Shown here one piece after another: positions 12,421 through 26,241 of a stretch of DNA of 64,000 nucleotides (positions within the stretch are counted from its first letter, which is position 1; every line of letters begins with the position of its first letter). A program made the translations under genes and the position numbers. The notes beneath the pieces are model-generated. The model worked only from the letters and a program-made list of their open reading frames with translations. It was not told the DNA's origin and did no database searches. Location of the stretch: the NCBI RefSeq assembly GCF_003918875.1, contig NW_025767085.1, positions 682,001 to 746,000 on the forward strand, in the 5' to 3' direction. This DNA is from Haliotis rubra. Taxonomy: Eukaryota.

Positions 12421-12524
12421 AATATTTTATAGAATTCTATGCGGAGATATTTAATGCTGAGCTAGAAGAAGCTAAAAGTGACAGAGGATGACAATAAATA
12501 CACTAGACAAATTCTGTTCCATTT

Positions 12525-13245
12525 GTTGAAGGACACTGTTTGCATGAGACGGGGCCTCTTTTTGAGGGACACTGTCTGAATTAGACAAGGATAAATTGTT
12601 CCCCTTCCAGGACACTGTCTGTATTAGGCAGATATAAAACATGTTTCTCTTGATGAATGAGCGAGTCAAGAAGGACACTATGTGTATTAGACAGATTATA
12701 TAACATGTTTCTCTTGATGAATGAGCGAGTCTAGAAGGACACTGTTTGTATTAGACGGATATAAAACATGTTTCTCTTGATGAATGAGCGAGTCTAGAAG
12801 GACACTGTCTGTATAAGACGGATATAAAACATGTTTCTCTTGATGAATGAGAGAGTCTAGAAGGACACTGTCTGTATTAGACGGATATAAAACATGTTTC
12901 TCTTGATGAATGAGCGAGTCTAGAAGGGCGTTGTCTGTATTGGACGAAGATAAATCATGTTCCCCTCAATGAAGGACACTGTCTGTATTAGACGGATATA
13001 AAACATGTTTCTCTTGATGAATGAGCGAGTCTAGAAGGACAATGTCTGTATTGAACGAAGATAAATCATGTTCCCCTTGATGAAGGACACTGTCTGTATT
13101 AGACAGATAATACAACATGTTCCTCCTGTTGATAGGCACTGTCCGTATTTCGTGGGGGTAAACCTTATTCCTCTTGTTGCAATACACTGCCTGCATTAGA
13201 CGAAGATGAATCATGTCTTCTTCGTTGAAGACAACTGTCAGTATA
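12525..13245. repeat. 63-bp minisatellite (with about 48-bp variant)
   Basis: GAAGGACACTGTCTGTATTAGACGGATATAAAACATGTTTCTCTTGATGAATGAGCGAGTCTA tandem. Confidence 0.92.
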
Positions 13246-15152
13246 GGGCAAAGATCTCTGACGCTAACCCTACATGATGGAAACAGCCTCGATCCTATAA
13301 ATAACATTACCATGAATACTTCTCTTTAGGAATCCTACAAAGTGTCAATGATCGAATACTGTACTAGAGCAAAGAAAAAGAAATACTTGAACATGTCAGG
13401 TAGGAACAAAAGGAATAGAAATAAATAACAAATGCACAGCAGATAAATAAAAATATCAAGCCAAGGATTTAACCTGATTATTATTTTGTTGCATAGCAAT
13501 ATCTTCAGACTGATGTTTCGGGTCAGAGAGATGTGGTTTTCTATGCTTCAATCAAATACAATCGACAGCTTGAGTTGTGATAAATCTATTCTTATTTCTG
13601 ACACATGTGGCAGGCAAACATATTATTAATCACGAACACGTGACTTTGTCAAATGTAGGTGTTAAACTGCTAAAGTCGTGTATGCATACGTACTGTGTAA
13701 TGTTACTGAAATATGAGACTGGAGACCCACCCACCCAAAGCTAAAAATATATAACTTGAGCAGGCCGAATAACATCAATCGTTAATTATTTTACTATTTA
13801 TTTGTAACGACGCAATAGCCATGCTAGCATTTGTATTGATGTTATGTGATTTTAGTTTTAATGGCACTCAAGATATAATGAGGTATACAAGATATACTGA
13901 GGACAGCGTATTTTATGTGTCGCGGTTGGGTGAATACTTCCAGGTGTATACAGTTCGTAAATATTTAAATATCATAAAGATTTATTATTACATGTACATA
14001 CGTAAATTAATTAACCTGCTGGAGGTTACCTATCTGACAAGTCTCACCAAAACGGAGGTGTAAAAGAAAGTATACCGAGTTTGTTGTATATGTAACTGAA
14101 ATCTTTGCAGTTTGTTTATGTCTGTTTAACCGCCAGTCATTCCCGCACCATTTTGTAAAAGTAATCCGTGGCTGGGTAACTGTGAGTAAATGGAGAAAAT
14201 GGAGACTGGTCTAAGAAATGTATTTCTTCCATTCCCTATCATATCTGATATATGTTCAATTTGTCCCGATAAAAAGCAAATATATTGATTTCAACTCATC
14301 GACAGCTTGGTAATATTCGAGTATTTAAAATTTAAGTTTAGTTCAGTTTGTTTCATTTAGCAGAAATAAAAGGTATGAACAAATCAGCTGAAGGGTATGG
14401 TTCATGCTCTCTCAAAATATAAAAACGGAAATTCCTACACTTTAATGCAACTTTATCCCCCCATTGAGCTGCTCAGAAATACCTGGACCCATTCTGAACG
14501 TTCTAATGCTATAGGTTTACAACCGATCAGGTCAGCATAAATGACTCATTGGCCATATTATATATTTCAATAGATAATGATACTGCAACAATATAAAATA
14601 AACATTGTCATGAAATCCATATGATAATAGAATATAGTGAAATATATAAGTCATCCCAGTATACCTGTAGCCATGTCATTGTGTGTTTAGTAATATCTCT
14701 ATGCACATAAGTCGTGGGTTTAAACTGACAGAATGCTTTTCAGCTCAACGACTTTAGGGCAAGTTTGTAAGTAATCCAGTGAGTAAATAGGCTAGGTTTA
14801 AGAACCCAGCGACCCCCATAAGTTAAAACGTGAAAGTTTAAAATCAACAGCTGAACAGCATTGTTTCCCACCCCACTGACCAGGATAAGTACAATGTGAA
14901 AAAGCTCATGTAAGCTCAACGGCATTAAAATACATGATTTCAAATGCTGTAATTGATAGAGGTATATAGTTTATCTAAAAAACTCTCATCTCCACTATTT
15001 TTATATCCCATACCTATTTGACACCTACAGACCCGAACCGTACGCCCTAAAAACATTACCAAACAATAACTTCCACTTTTTGCAATGTACCCGCAAGATA
15101 TACATAATTACTGCATATTCAGAGCAACGGATTAACATGCGTATCCTAGTCC

Positions 15153-15781
15153 TTGCAGTTTCTGGTACATATTTCCTAAGCAATCTGACAAATAACAATG
15201 CGATTATAGTCTGTTTGCGGTGAAAACGTACCGATGAATTTCACTTTAAACAAAAAAGTAAATCAAATAAAGTGAAATTAAGATTGCAAATCCTCATAAT
15301 TTTACCTTGCCATTGGAAAATTTAATTCTCAGAATTTTATTCAACTTATGATAAATGTTGTTTCACATACGATCATAGTTTCAAATCGGTATTATTGGTT
15401 TGTATTACAAGGGGGTATGCACATTAAATGAAACACCGAGAACAAGGAGGGTTGGTCTAAGTTAACGCTCATCACGTACCGTACGTGCATTTGTTTCACT
15501 GTTCCAACTACTGCGCTTATCCCCTTGTAATACAAACAAAAATAAGCGATTTGAAACTTTGATCGTTTGTTAAACAACTTTTTTCCTAAGTTGAATAAAA
15601 ATAAAGATTTAAAGTTTCAATTGGCAAGGTAGAATTATAAGGTTACGCAATCTCAATTTCACTTTATTCCATTTACATTTTTGTTTAAAGTGAAATTCAC
15701 CGGTACGTTTTCACTGCAAACAGACTATAATCGCATTGTTATTTCTCAGAATGCTTAGGAAATATGTACCAGAAACTGCAA
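15153..15781. mobile_element. Foldback element/MITE with about 268-bp imperfect inverted arms
   Basis: 15153-15420 is the reverse complement of 15514-15781 (TTGCAGTTTCTGGTACATATTTCCTAAGC ... GCTTAGGAAATATGTACCAGAAACTGCAA). Confidence 0.85.
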
Positions 15782-17355
15782 AACATTTCTCATTTAAAGC
15801 GTATAGTTATGTCTTATTTGTCGCTTGTCATTTTGCTATTTAAGAGACTCATCAAGTCTAGGCTCTGGCGTCAAGTGAGAGATAGGTGTAGATTAGCAGA
15901 CACTGTTTCCCGAACAAGATGCATTCTTGTTGCACACATATCCCACGAATAATTTATCAAACAATCTCCACAGAAATAGGACGGTTAACATTAAAACAGG
16001 AAAACATATGGCTCGTCAACATCAGGTTATAGCTGTTGTGTTCTTCTAGCGTTGTAAATATTAATGTTGTCATGACACGACGAGGCAGAATGAATGCCAG
16101 GTCATCTATGACGAACGCTCTGGCCGTCGCATGTGTAAACAATGTTAAACTATGGCAAGCCCCTGTGTATGTATAACCATATGACTTGGATACCCCGTGT
16201 ACCTCACACGTGTACAGGTATAAGGTTGTTGTGTCGCGAGGACACCTGTCTCAAAGAGACTACAGTGAACACAGCCATTGCACATATTTGTGTAATGGCC
16301 GCCTGCCGAGGTCAAGGGCTTGGGGTTTCACGTAGACTGGCTTCATGAAACCGCAGTATATTGATCCTGTTATGGTCTGGTATGATGAATGGTAGCAATC
16401 TGATAGCCAGACAGACTCGGCTGTCAGTTTGTCATATATAGTTGTTTGTGTCGAATGTACTTGGATTACACGGTTGGTTGCCCAACTCGCATTCCTGTGT
16501 ACCTGCCTCTACACGCCGACTACATCTTGAGCTCACAACGACTACCAGTCCCCAGAAAATAAAATTTTAACGCACACACATACACATACACGCACACGAA
16601 CACACACACACAAAACAAAACAAAACAAAACAAAACAAAACAAAACAATTTTTTACATAAAGAAGCGAAGTTCTGCAGTATATACTGTGCTGTGAGTTCG
16701 TGTGTAAACAACGTGTATATATAATAACAATTAAATATTGTGATTACAGTCAGTTGTTGTATAGTTGTTTACAATCACGTTTGGCAATCCATTGAGAAAA
16801 CAACATTAACTACAACAGGTGCACTAACAGGTGAAGTGAACAAAGTCCTTTATGCATATACTGACACCTACCTCTCGGATGTGTTGCAAATGTCTCTTCT
16901 AAATCCTGTTATATAATAACATCATGTTATAGCCTCAGACGAGCTCAACGAGAATATATCACTAGACACATTTCCGCTCCACTTAACACGAGAAGCTCGT
17001 CGTGTACATCCTGTTGACCGCTCACCAGTGCTTCGGTTCAAACTTTAACAATGAATAGACACACTAGATCAAAATCTCGTTTGCTTGGTTTGTTGTGGTC
17101 TTCAGCTTACACTGACAATGGAGTTCATGTAGTGCAGCAAGCCCTCTGAAACACTGCGGAACAGTTAATAGGAGTGAGTTTGTGTCCACGCTGCTTGTAT
17201 CATTATTCAGGTATTAGTTTTGGGGCTATATATAGTTATGTCCAAAACGACACAGGCTTTCAGACAAGTGGAGAACTTTTGACAAATCACGGAGTTTCTA
17301 GATTCCTGGTTACATTTGACTTCCCTTTGCATGTGTTTTTAATGGCTGCCATATA

Positions 17356-18895
17356 AACTACTGTCCAAAAGAAACGATACCACGTGTTTCAAAGATCACT
17401 AAATGAAAACAAAACAACATAAACATTTCAAATTGATATCTTTCATTAGATAAATGATTTTACGGCATGTGTACAAAAAGTCATGGCAATCAAAGATTTA
17501 CAATCATGAACACAGGGCTTTAAACGAAGTGTGGTGCCCAAAATTCAAAATTCATTTTAGCACAGTGGAGGAGGCTAGTGAGGGTAGTCTCTGAAAACAG
17601 TCTTAACGCCACTTTAGTACCGGGTATGTCCACCAGCAGCTGCGATACATGCCATGACACGCCTCCGAGCTGATGACGTCTTGTTCTTGAAAACGTTGGA
17701 TGACGTTAGGGATGATTCGCTGCCACTCATCCAGGAGACAATGTTCCAATTGTTGGAGGTTGACTCGGGGCATTTTCTGATTTTTGAGGTGATCCCAGAT
17801 GTGCTCAATGGTATTCAAATCTGGTGAACACGCTGGCCATGGCAAAACCTGTATGTTGGCGTTGGCAAGGAAGTTCTGGGTCAATCTTGCCGTATGAGGC
17901 CTAGCGTTATCGTGCTGGAACACGATTCCTCCTGGATGCTGTTGGGCGAATGGCTGCACGACTGGTCGTAAAACCACATCTTGGTAACGCTGTGCATTCA
18001 GGTTCCCCCGAATAATGACGAGCCTCGTTTTCACATCACCGCAGATACCTCCTCACACCATTGCACTTCCGCCTCCAAATGCATGGACTTGCTGGATGCA
18101 GTTCGGCGCCAAACGTTCACGAACTCTTCGGTATACTCGCTGCCGACCATCGTTCTTGTAAAGGCAAAACCTGCTTTCGTTCGAAAACAAGACACGTGCC
18201 CAGTTTCGACGTTGCCACCGCCGAACACGCATGGCCCATATCAATCTGTTGACTGTTTTGACGTGTCAGGTAGACTCTGCGGTAGGGGCGACGTGCACGG
18301 ATACCATGTGCCTGCAGTCTCCTGTAGACGGTTTGTCGACTGATCCGGTGTCCCAGTCCCGTTGCCGCCGTTAACGTCGCAGGAACGAAGCGGTTACGTA
18401 GGTGAAGTAACCGGATGTGGTTGTCTTGAATAGGCGTGGTCACCCGGGGTCTCCCGCTTCTCGGCCTGACTGTTGTTCGGACTGTTTGACGCAACCGTCG
18501 CATTAACCTGGTAACGGTTATGCGTACGCATCCAAACGTTCTTGCTACAGCGGCGTGTGATGCTCGCTGTAGGACCATTCTAACGGCTCTTTCTCTCTGG
18601 ATCGCTGTCAAACGTGCCATTTCTTGTGTGTGCTTTTTACTGCTGTGGGCACAACGTGTCGGACCAGCGGTTTTCTACAGTTCATCTGCACGTGCATTTC
18701 GTGCTACACGACTTAACGTCATTTTGAGTATTCGTGCGATTGCTTCTTAAGTGAATAAATGTTACCGTTTTTTTCGATCGAATACGTTTGGTTAGGAACG
18801 TGGGATACACAGAAATATGTTTTTTCTCCAAAAAGTATCATTAATTTAAAAATATTGAAAAAAATATTTGGTATCGTTTCTTTTGGACATGAGTT
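17356..18895 (-). mobile_element. Near full-length Tc1/mariner element; frameshifted transposase 17614-18620
   Basis: TIR TGTCCAAAAGAAACGATACCA at both ends; MARLT...RPRSGRPRVTT, VLFSNESRF, FQHDNARPH, WPACSPDLNTIEHIW, GGHTRY. Confidence 0.95.
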
Positions 18896-20275
18896 TAGGT
18901 GAGGCAGGATACGGTGACCTTTTTACGAACACTAGCGTCATCACGAATCGATCATGAATCAAACATATGCGGCAGTTGACATCGTACTATCCGATTATGG
19001 TATGAATTGTCGCTTACATCTATAAATATGTGTGTGTTGCATGAAAGTAGGCCATGAGTCAGTATTCACACCGACATCTGGTATATTAAACATCCCTGCC
19101 ATTTCATGATGACAAAAAGCGCTACACATGCAATCAATTTCTTTGCGGCAAATGAACATTGTAGATTTATATATGCAAGTAAAACGTCACTGAAATGCAC
19201 ATTGTTGATTTCTATATGTAACTCTGACGTCACTGAAATGCACATTGTTGATTTCTATAAGTAAATCTGACGTCACAGAAGTGAAGCTGAATCATAACTT
19301 CATAGCTTGAAATTATTTGAATATTTACATTAATAAAATATTTGAATATGGTTTGACCACACATAGATCTTAAATGGAAGTGCTTTACGTTCACAGAAGT
19401 ATCTGGTTCTGTTTTTGAAATTAATTAGTAGAAGGTTCCTTGGATCGCATTACTTGACAACAGATTCGAGGAATCTTGTAACTGGGAATGTTTGATGCCA
19501 GCTAATCATTTGTACATTACAGCCAATTTGATTTTAACGTATATATTGTGTCGATTTCAATAGGTTTGATAAGTTAGTATGCATGAACGTTAAACCATTC
19601 TAATTTGTCATCCAGTTCGCTATCCACATCCAGAGACCATATAATAGGACCTGTATTATATGGTCTCCGATATATCACAGTGTATTTGTCATGTGAGTGT
19701 AAGAATGGAAAATATAAATATGGCCATGGAACATCTACATGTATATCATAATGGTTTGGTTCCGATACGCCTTGATAATGTTCCGAAGTTCTCCACTACT
19801 GCAATAATACAAATATGACAATTATTTATTTATAAAGCGCCTAATATCAACCGTAGTGGTGCTCAGTGGCTCAATTCACAATACTCGTTAATGTACAGCC
19901 AACATACCTTTGGTCTTTTCTCCTTCAGCGAGCAGGCACGTGGTGATAGAACCGATACACTACTGGAAGCTTTAAAATATTTCCAGACACAAGCATGCCA
20001 CAATACACATTACTTGATACGAAGCTCCACTATACTATCTCCACCACCGCCACAACTAACAGCACCACCGCCTTCTACGATAACGTATTCTGTCAGACAT
20101 ATACGTTATGCGGTACAACTATGTTATACTGACACAGATACATGCACCATTGTTCTCATATTGACTTGTATGGTAAATAAAATGTATTGTGTTAGGCATA
20201 TACATACTGAAGCATGTACACACACATGCACTATAATGTTTATACTGATCATGACGAAAATAATTGTACAATAAC

Positions 20276-20365
20276 ATATACTCATGCCAATAATGGTTGT
20301 CACCCCCAGCCTATTAATATACTAGTAATTGAAGAGGGTGACAACCATTATTGGCATGAGTATAT
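20276..20365. mobile_element. 90-bp Tc1-like MITE consisting almost only of TIRs
   Basis: Perfect 30-bp inverted repeat ATATACTCATGCCAATAATGGTTGTCACCC with a 30-nt spacer and TA ends. Confidence 0.75.
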
Positions 20366-20607
20366 TTAAATATGTTAGTAGGGTTCTTGTGTACTGAGTA
20401 AGGATTAAACAAACAATTCGCACATACTACGGCTATTTCAATGTGCCAATGTACCAATTCATAACGCACGCGCGCAATCACGCGCACGCACGCACTCACA
20501 CAAATCTCGAAGCCGTGGAAGAAAATACGGATAAGTAAACATAAAAGCTGTTTATAAACACATCGACATTACTGACGCGCCGAAACGCAACTAATGGGCG
20601 TGAGCGG

Positions 20608-20614
20608 TATAAAG
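20608..20614 (+). promoter_or_regulatory. TATA box of gene B
   Basis: TATAAAG about 80 nt upstream of ATG 20689, preceded by a CpG-containing stretch (20465-20600). Confidence 0.55.
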
Positions 20615-20688
20615 GGGACCGGGTATGTTCCTTACCTGGGTTGACTAAAGGATATGTTATTGACACCACTGTCGTCACTGACTCGACG

Positions 20689-20725
20689 ATGTCGTGGGCA
20701 CTGTTGTTGACGTTTGCTCTAACAG
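20689..20725 (+). CDS. Gene B exon 1 (signal peptide MSWALLLTFALT)
   Basis: ATG in ACGATG context, hydrophobic run, CAG|GTAAGT donor, phase 1. Confidence 0.82.
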
Positions 20726-20969
20726 GTAAGTGGATAGTTAGAGTGTATGCTGTTTAGATGTACTGTTACACGAAAATAAAAAATGCAGATATAAAGTAAA
20801 GTAAGCAATACCTGTTGCTGTTATTTTCCTTTAAGCGGATTGGGAAAATATATACTAGGATGTGTAAATAGTTTCTTTGTCGGGTATAAATAAGAAATAT
20901 TTCTGAATTATGTGTCAATATAAACTACACATGTTTGCGTGTTGGTTTGATTTGGTTATATGTTTTTGA

Positions 20970-21390
20970 TTAACGCAACAATCAGCAATATTCCAGTTAT
21001 GTGACCGTGGTCTGTAAACAATCAAGTCTGGACCAGGCACTCATTGATTGCCTTCATATTATTGTATACTCCCCAGGGAGTTGAGATTGATAATACGCTG
21101 TACCGATGAGATTGACATCCAATGAGCGAGGGAAAAATACTAGCGCCTTGAGCATGCACTAGTTGCCTGGATATGTGCGCTATATAAATAACCTATCATC
21201 ATCATCATATTTATCTATCTACGCAATTTGGGTACGCTGACATGCACCAACCGAGTTACCATGCATGGCCTGTACAACCCCAATATGTAAAATCAACACA
21301 ATATGTAAAAACTAACGCACATGGCCACCCGATCCCGTTACGACAAAAAGAGGTTACTGAAGATCAATTCTAAACAAGATGTTTACTGGT
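20970..21390 (-). mobile_element. Old SINE family A copy interrupted by an L2-tailed SINE fragment (about 21060-21208)
   Basis: GTCTGTAAACAATCAAGTCTGGACCAG ... CCACCCGATCCCGTTA; the insert ends GCGCCTTGAGC...GCGCTATATAAATAACC(ATC)n. Confidence 0.6.
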
Positions 21391-22926
21391 AATACTAGAT
21401 GTACACCCTGGGGATACGCCCCTCCTAAATACGCCCCTCCTAAATCCTTTGACTGAAATTTTCAAACAGCGAATAAGACGTTTACGATTTCAATCTCGTC
21501 AACCGTGCCAAGCTGCATCGGACACATGCATCTGCTCCCTTCACCTTGCACAACAATCTTAACGCATGTGTTATATTGAATGCCTGTGATATATTGAGGT
21601 GGTATATTCACTAGGTTCTGATGCACGCTGGGTCTTTAATTACAAACTTAAAAGACCCGATGAACATGTTGACAAACCTAGAAACGCCCTCAATTCCTCA
21701 ACACCCCCACCCCACACCACTCGACATCTCCAGCAGGGTGCGACCTGTTGTATACTATACATATTGTACAGAGGGCACTATAGGCCTACAAGGGACAATG
21801 TGAGCTGGGGATTCTACGTGAGGGGGACAATGGGGCCATACACACACCTAGAAAGCTTTCACGGGGTGAAGGATATATATTATGTTGATATATTTACATT
21901 GGAATGTTCATGGAAAGTGGGTTCTGTATACCAGCTAAGAACGGTGTTATGTTTTCAAAAACAGGTATAGACATAGGTACAGTCAGGAGACATTCACGTG
22001 CACATATATACTCCACCAGATACAAACATACATGTACGAATATTGACCTGTCATACAGTATATCTACTGTAATATGTTAAATAGGTCATTTGATATTGAC
22101 CGTATGATATATTTAATATGTCTACTGTATGATATCTTTAGCACGTACCAATACGCCTTACTAGAATTTCCTAGTTTTGCCTTAGGCGGTAAGTTTGTTT
22201 GTCGTTTAACCCCATACTCAACAATGTTCCAGCTATATGATAGTCTGTAAATAATAGTCCAGGAGCTTCGATTTATTTCTATTAATTTATCAACACGTAT
22301 CAAATAGATCTTATTTGTGGTCTTTAGAAAATCAACAACACAAGTGATGCTATTTTGATTTTATGCAGCGGTGAGAGAGAGAGAGCTGTTTATTTCAGTA
22401 AAGGGGCCACAGGCCCATTATACATGTTGTACCATCCGCACAGTTTATCAAGCGCCAATATAATAATTAACATAGATGCTACGGGGCAGGATACACATCA
22501 GGATATAGAGATATCGCAATCGCAAAAACGTATTACCTTTTTTAAGAGCTAGGTCTAAATATTTTCCCAGATCATTAATGACAATTATATTCCTTGACAA
22601 GAACAGTTGAAACAGCTACTCATGTGATCGGAGATTATAGTAATATTTGGGAATTGTATTTTCTCTAAAACCATTGTATTATGGACTTTATGCAGCGGTA
22701 GATGAAACATGTTTAGTCATGTTAAAAGTTAACGGTCGGTATGAGTACAGTTTGGAAGAGTAATCACCCACATCTACATGTATACGTAACGCGTCGACAA
22801 CTTGCTGATATATTTAACTATGGTGTATATCAATAGTATGGCTCAGACACAACAACATGACAGTTGCATGCAGTATGTTTAGATATATCACTTGGGTACA
22901 AAACAGTGTACAGTTCCTAAGTGAAA

Positions 22927-23130
22927 GGGGCGGACGGAGGGATAGCTTGGCGCCTAAAGCGTTAGCGCGTCAGGCCGACGACCCGGGTTCGATTCCCTGC
23001 TTTGATACAAATGTAAAGCCAAATTCTGGTGTCCCACCCCCGCCCCCACAAACACACACACACACCCACCCGCCTTGATGGTGCTGTAATATTGATAAAA
23101 GGGAAATAAAATCCTGTCCACTAACTCATA
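22927..23130 (+). mobile_element. SINE family B (tRNA-derived head), diverged
   Basis: GGGGCGG...TAGCTTGGCG...GACCCGGGTTCGATTCCC with A/B-box-like motifs. Confidence 0.7.
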
Positions 23131-23343
23131 TCAACGATACACTATAACGCTTAAAGACGCCAACAATATATATTTGCTCCTGTATCACCCAACCTTGAAG
23201 GTAGGGACATCGGAAACATCTGGGTGGTATTCTTTTCCCATGAGAAAACAAGGAAGGAATACTGTCACACAAATGCAACATGCAAGTGCATTGGTGCTAT
23301 TCATAAAGCGAAAAACAAAAAAAATAAACAAGGTCTCATGCTA

Positions 23344-23663
23344 ATTGTCATATACTCGCTAATCCCTTGTATAATGTTAAATTTGTATGTGTCCCATTGT
23401 CATATACTCGCTAATCCCTTGTATAATGTTAAATTTGTATGTGTCCCATTGTCATATACTCGCTAATCCCTTGTATAATGTTAAATTTGTATCTGTCCCA
23501 TTGTCATATACTCGCTAATCCCTTGTATAATGTTAAATTTGTATCTGTCCCATTGCCATATACTCGCTTATCCCTTGTATAATGTTAAATTTGTATCTGT
23601 CCCATTGTCATGTACTCGCTAATCCCTTGTATAATGTTAAATTTGTATCTGTCCCATTGCCAT
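23344..23663. repeat. 52-bp minisatellite (6 copies)
   Basis: ATTGTCATATACTCGCTAATCCCTTGTATAATGTTAAATTTGTATCTGTCCC tandem. Confidence 0.95.
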
Positions 23664-24057
23664 AAGAGCCTAAAGAAACATGCTCATTAAGTCGGACACT
23701 TCATTAAAGGTAAACAAAATTGTGTATATCTTTAAAAATAATTAATAAAAGTTTTAAAAAATATTTATGTCCATGAATACACGTAAAATACGTTAGTGAT
23801 CGGAATTTATTGTATCTGTATAAAACGCTGATTAACTATGAGCAAAATCTCCTCTCTTCATAATGAAGTCATTTTACTCTCGAATGCACAATAGTATTGT
23901 CTTGAGAAAATGTTACTTCTCGACAGTCAGCCTTATAGGCAGGTGAGTGTACATTACCTGTTATCTGTAACATAATGATCCATTTCAACCTGCCACATCA
24001 AGCGTAAACAAACAACAGGTGCTGCTATAGGCAACGTTCTCGTTAACTGTGATTCTT

Positions 24058-24482
24058 ATATACCGTCAGATAAATATGTCCAAATGTATACCGTCATACA
24101 AATATGTCCAAATGTATACCGTCATACAAATATGTCCAAATGTATACCGTCATACAAATATGTCCAAATGTATACCGTCATACAAATATGTCCAAATGTA
24201 TACCGTCATACAAATATGTCCAAATGTATACCGTCATACAAATATGTCCAAATGTATACATAATATGTCCAAATGTATACCGTCATACAAATATGTCCAA
24301 ATGTATACCGTCATACAAATATGTCCAAATGTATACCGTCATACAAATATGTCCAACCGTATACCGTCATACAAATATGTCCAAATGTATACCGTCATAC
24401 AAATATGTCCAAATGTATACCGTCATACAAATATGTCCAAATGTATAGCGTCATACAAGTATGTCCAAATGTATACTGTCAT
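24058..24482. repeat. 28-bp minisatellite (about 15 copies)
   Basis: AAATATGTCCAAATGTATACCGTCATAC tandem. Confidence 0.96.
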
Positions 24483-26024
24483 AATACAAACATGTAACCA
24501 CATATATAATTGTCACGATACAAATTCATGTATCTTCAAATATAGTCCCTTACGACACAGGCAAAGAAACATACCCCTACAATGCAAACATGCAAACATA
24601 TGTGACAATATGGTAATATATATGTACACATGGGCTACAAATTGTGTAGCTAGAAAACAAATATTATGAAAACTAACACGGCAAATGCTTGAAAGTTTCC
24701 ACCCCGAAACAGATTATATGCCCAATGCAACCATCGTACCTAACGTACCTTGACAGACAGCTAGACGACAATGTATGCAATGTGTTGTACCATATGTTGT
24801 CCTCAGTGTAAAACTCTTCTTAAATCTATATCATATACAAGGTAGTAGAACATTGTGATCATCCACGTCTTTGTGGTGTGTTTGACAGACATTGCCTACA
24901 GTCATAACAGATGAATACTTCACCCTGTTAGATATTTGGAAAACTAAGCTTAAGGCTATGTCGTGTTACAAACTTGCATAGCATCTGCCTTCTATCTAGG
25001 TCTGTTGTCACAATCAACATTCTCTTTAAGACGAGCAATATTCCAGAAGACCCAGCCTCTAGTTTATACATTTCACAATACATGTACTAGTTTGTGAGTA
25101 CGATAGAGCATTCTCTTTTCATACCGATTTCAAACATTCTCAAAAGCTTTGTCAGTAAAGGTTTGAAGAAGATCAATGGCATATATACAAAGGACATTTT
25201 CAAATTTATAAATTACTGACAAAAATGCAATTCCTATTTTCAATTGTGCCATATGTTCTCGTGTACGTTTACATGAACAATTCAATTTGCACGTATTTTT
25301 AACGGTGGCACCGACACACTACATACAATACATTCGGAATTGGAATGACTCAGGAGTCGACTTTCAGACGAGATTTCTGATGAATATTATGTATTGTTAG
25401 CTTGAAATCCATGTGAATCAAATGTAATATCCAAACCTGTAAACATTAGCTGTATACTACTCTTTTTCAACGTTAGTGTTTTTGTTTAGAGAAATATACT
25501 GAAATCTATGAACACTTATTTCCTTAGGGTTCAGCCGTCATCATAAAAAATGAAAGTCCAGTCTTCTTTATGAAACACTGACCTAATCATCCAAGTCAGC
25601 CATTGGGCGTCACGGCACGCCGCTAGCGTATTTGCCACCTAACGTTAATTCGCGGGGCATGTGATATAGCATTACGCTTGTCTAAACACTTTTCTCACTC
25701 AAAAGAAATCTGAAGCAATGTTTAAGCATAATCAATATTATTGGGTATGATAATAATTTCCTCTTATCCCATTTGAATATCTAATACGAAAACAGATGTT
25801 GATCGGTGTTCCATAATCTAATAGACATGTGTTTTCTGTGCGATGTAAAAGAACAGGGATTAAAAACAACAAAGGGATATAGCTGGTTAGAATAGGCCTT
25901 TTTGTTTCTTGTCGATTCTCTGTCGAGTTTTAACTGGGAATCTTCACGCAAGGGAATAAAGTGTGAAACCATCAAACAACACGGAAATGTGGCATACAAA
26001 CACGACTGTATTCTAAAGCTATTT

Positions 26025-26241
26025 CAGTGTATGAAATATGCCAAAAACCCAGCCAGACATCAGGGCTGGTAACTTCAAAATGTTACCAGCCAAAATGGAT
26101 TTAACAAGACCATACACCAAGATATGTATGGAACATCTAAACGTTTTACCAGACCATCGGGGTGGCTAGCTGTAAATCTAGACCGTCCGTCAGAAATCTA
26201 GCCCGTCTCGGGCGGTCGGACGGGCCTTATTTCATACACTG
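26025..26241. mobile_element. hAT-like MITE
   Basis: 14-bp TIR CAGTGTATGAAATA / TATTTCATACACTG flanked by direct repeat GCTATTT. Confidence 0.7.

Noticed and set aside
23927-23948. Possible extra exon ending CAG|GTGAGT in gene B intron 1
   Set aside because: No nearby acceptor gives a stop-free phase 1-1 exon, and exon 1 joined to exon 2 already gives a complete signal peptide.
24049-24669. 206-aa repetitive ORF
   Set aside because: A 28-bp tandem repeat cycling through frames.
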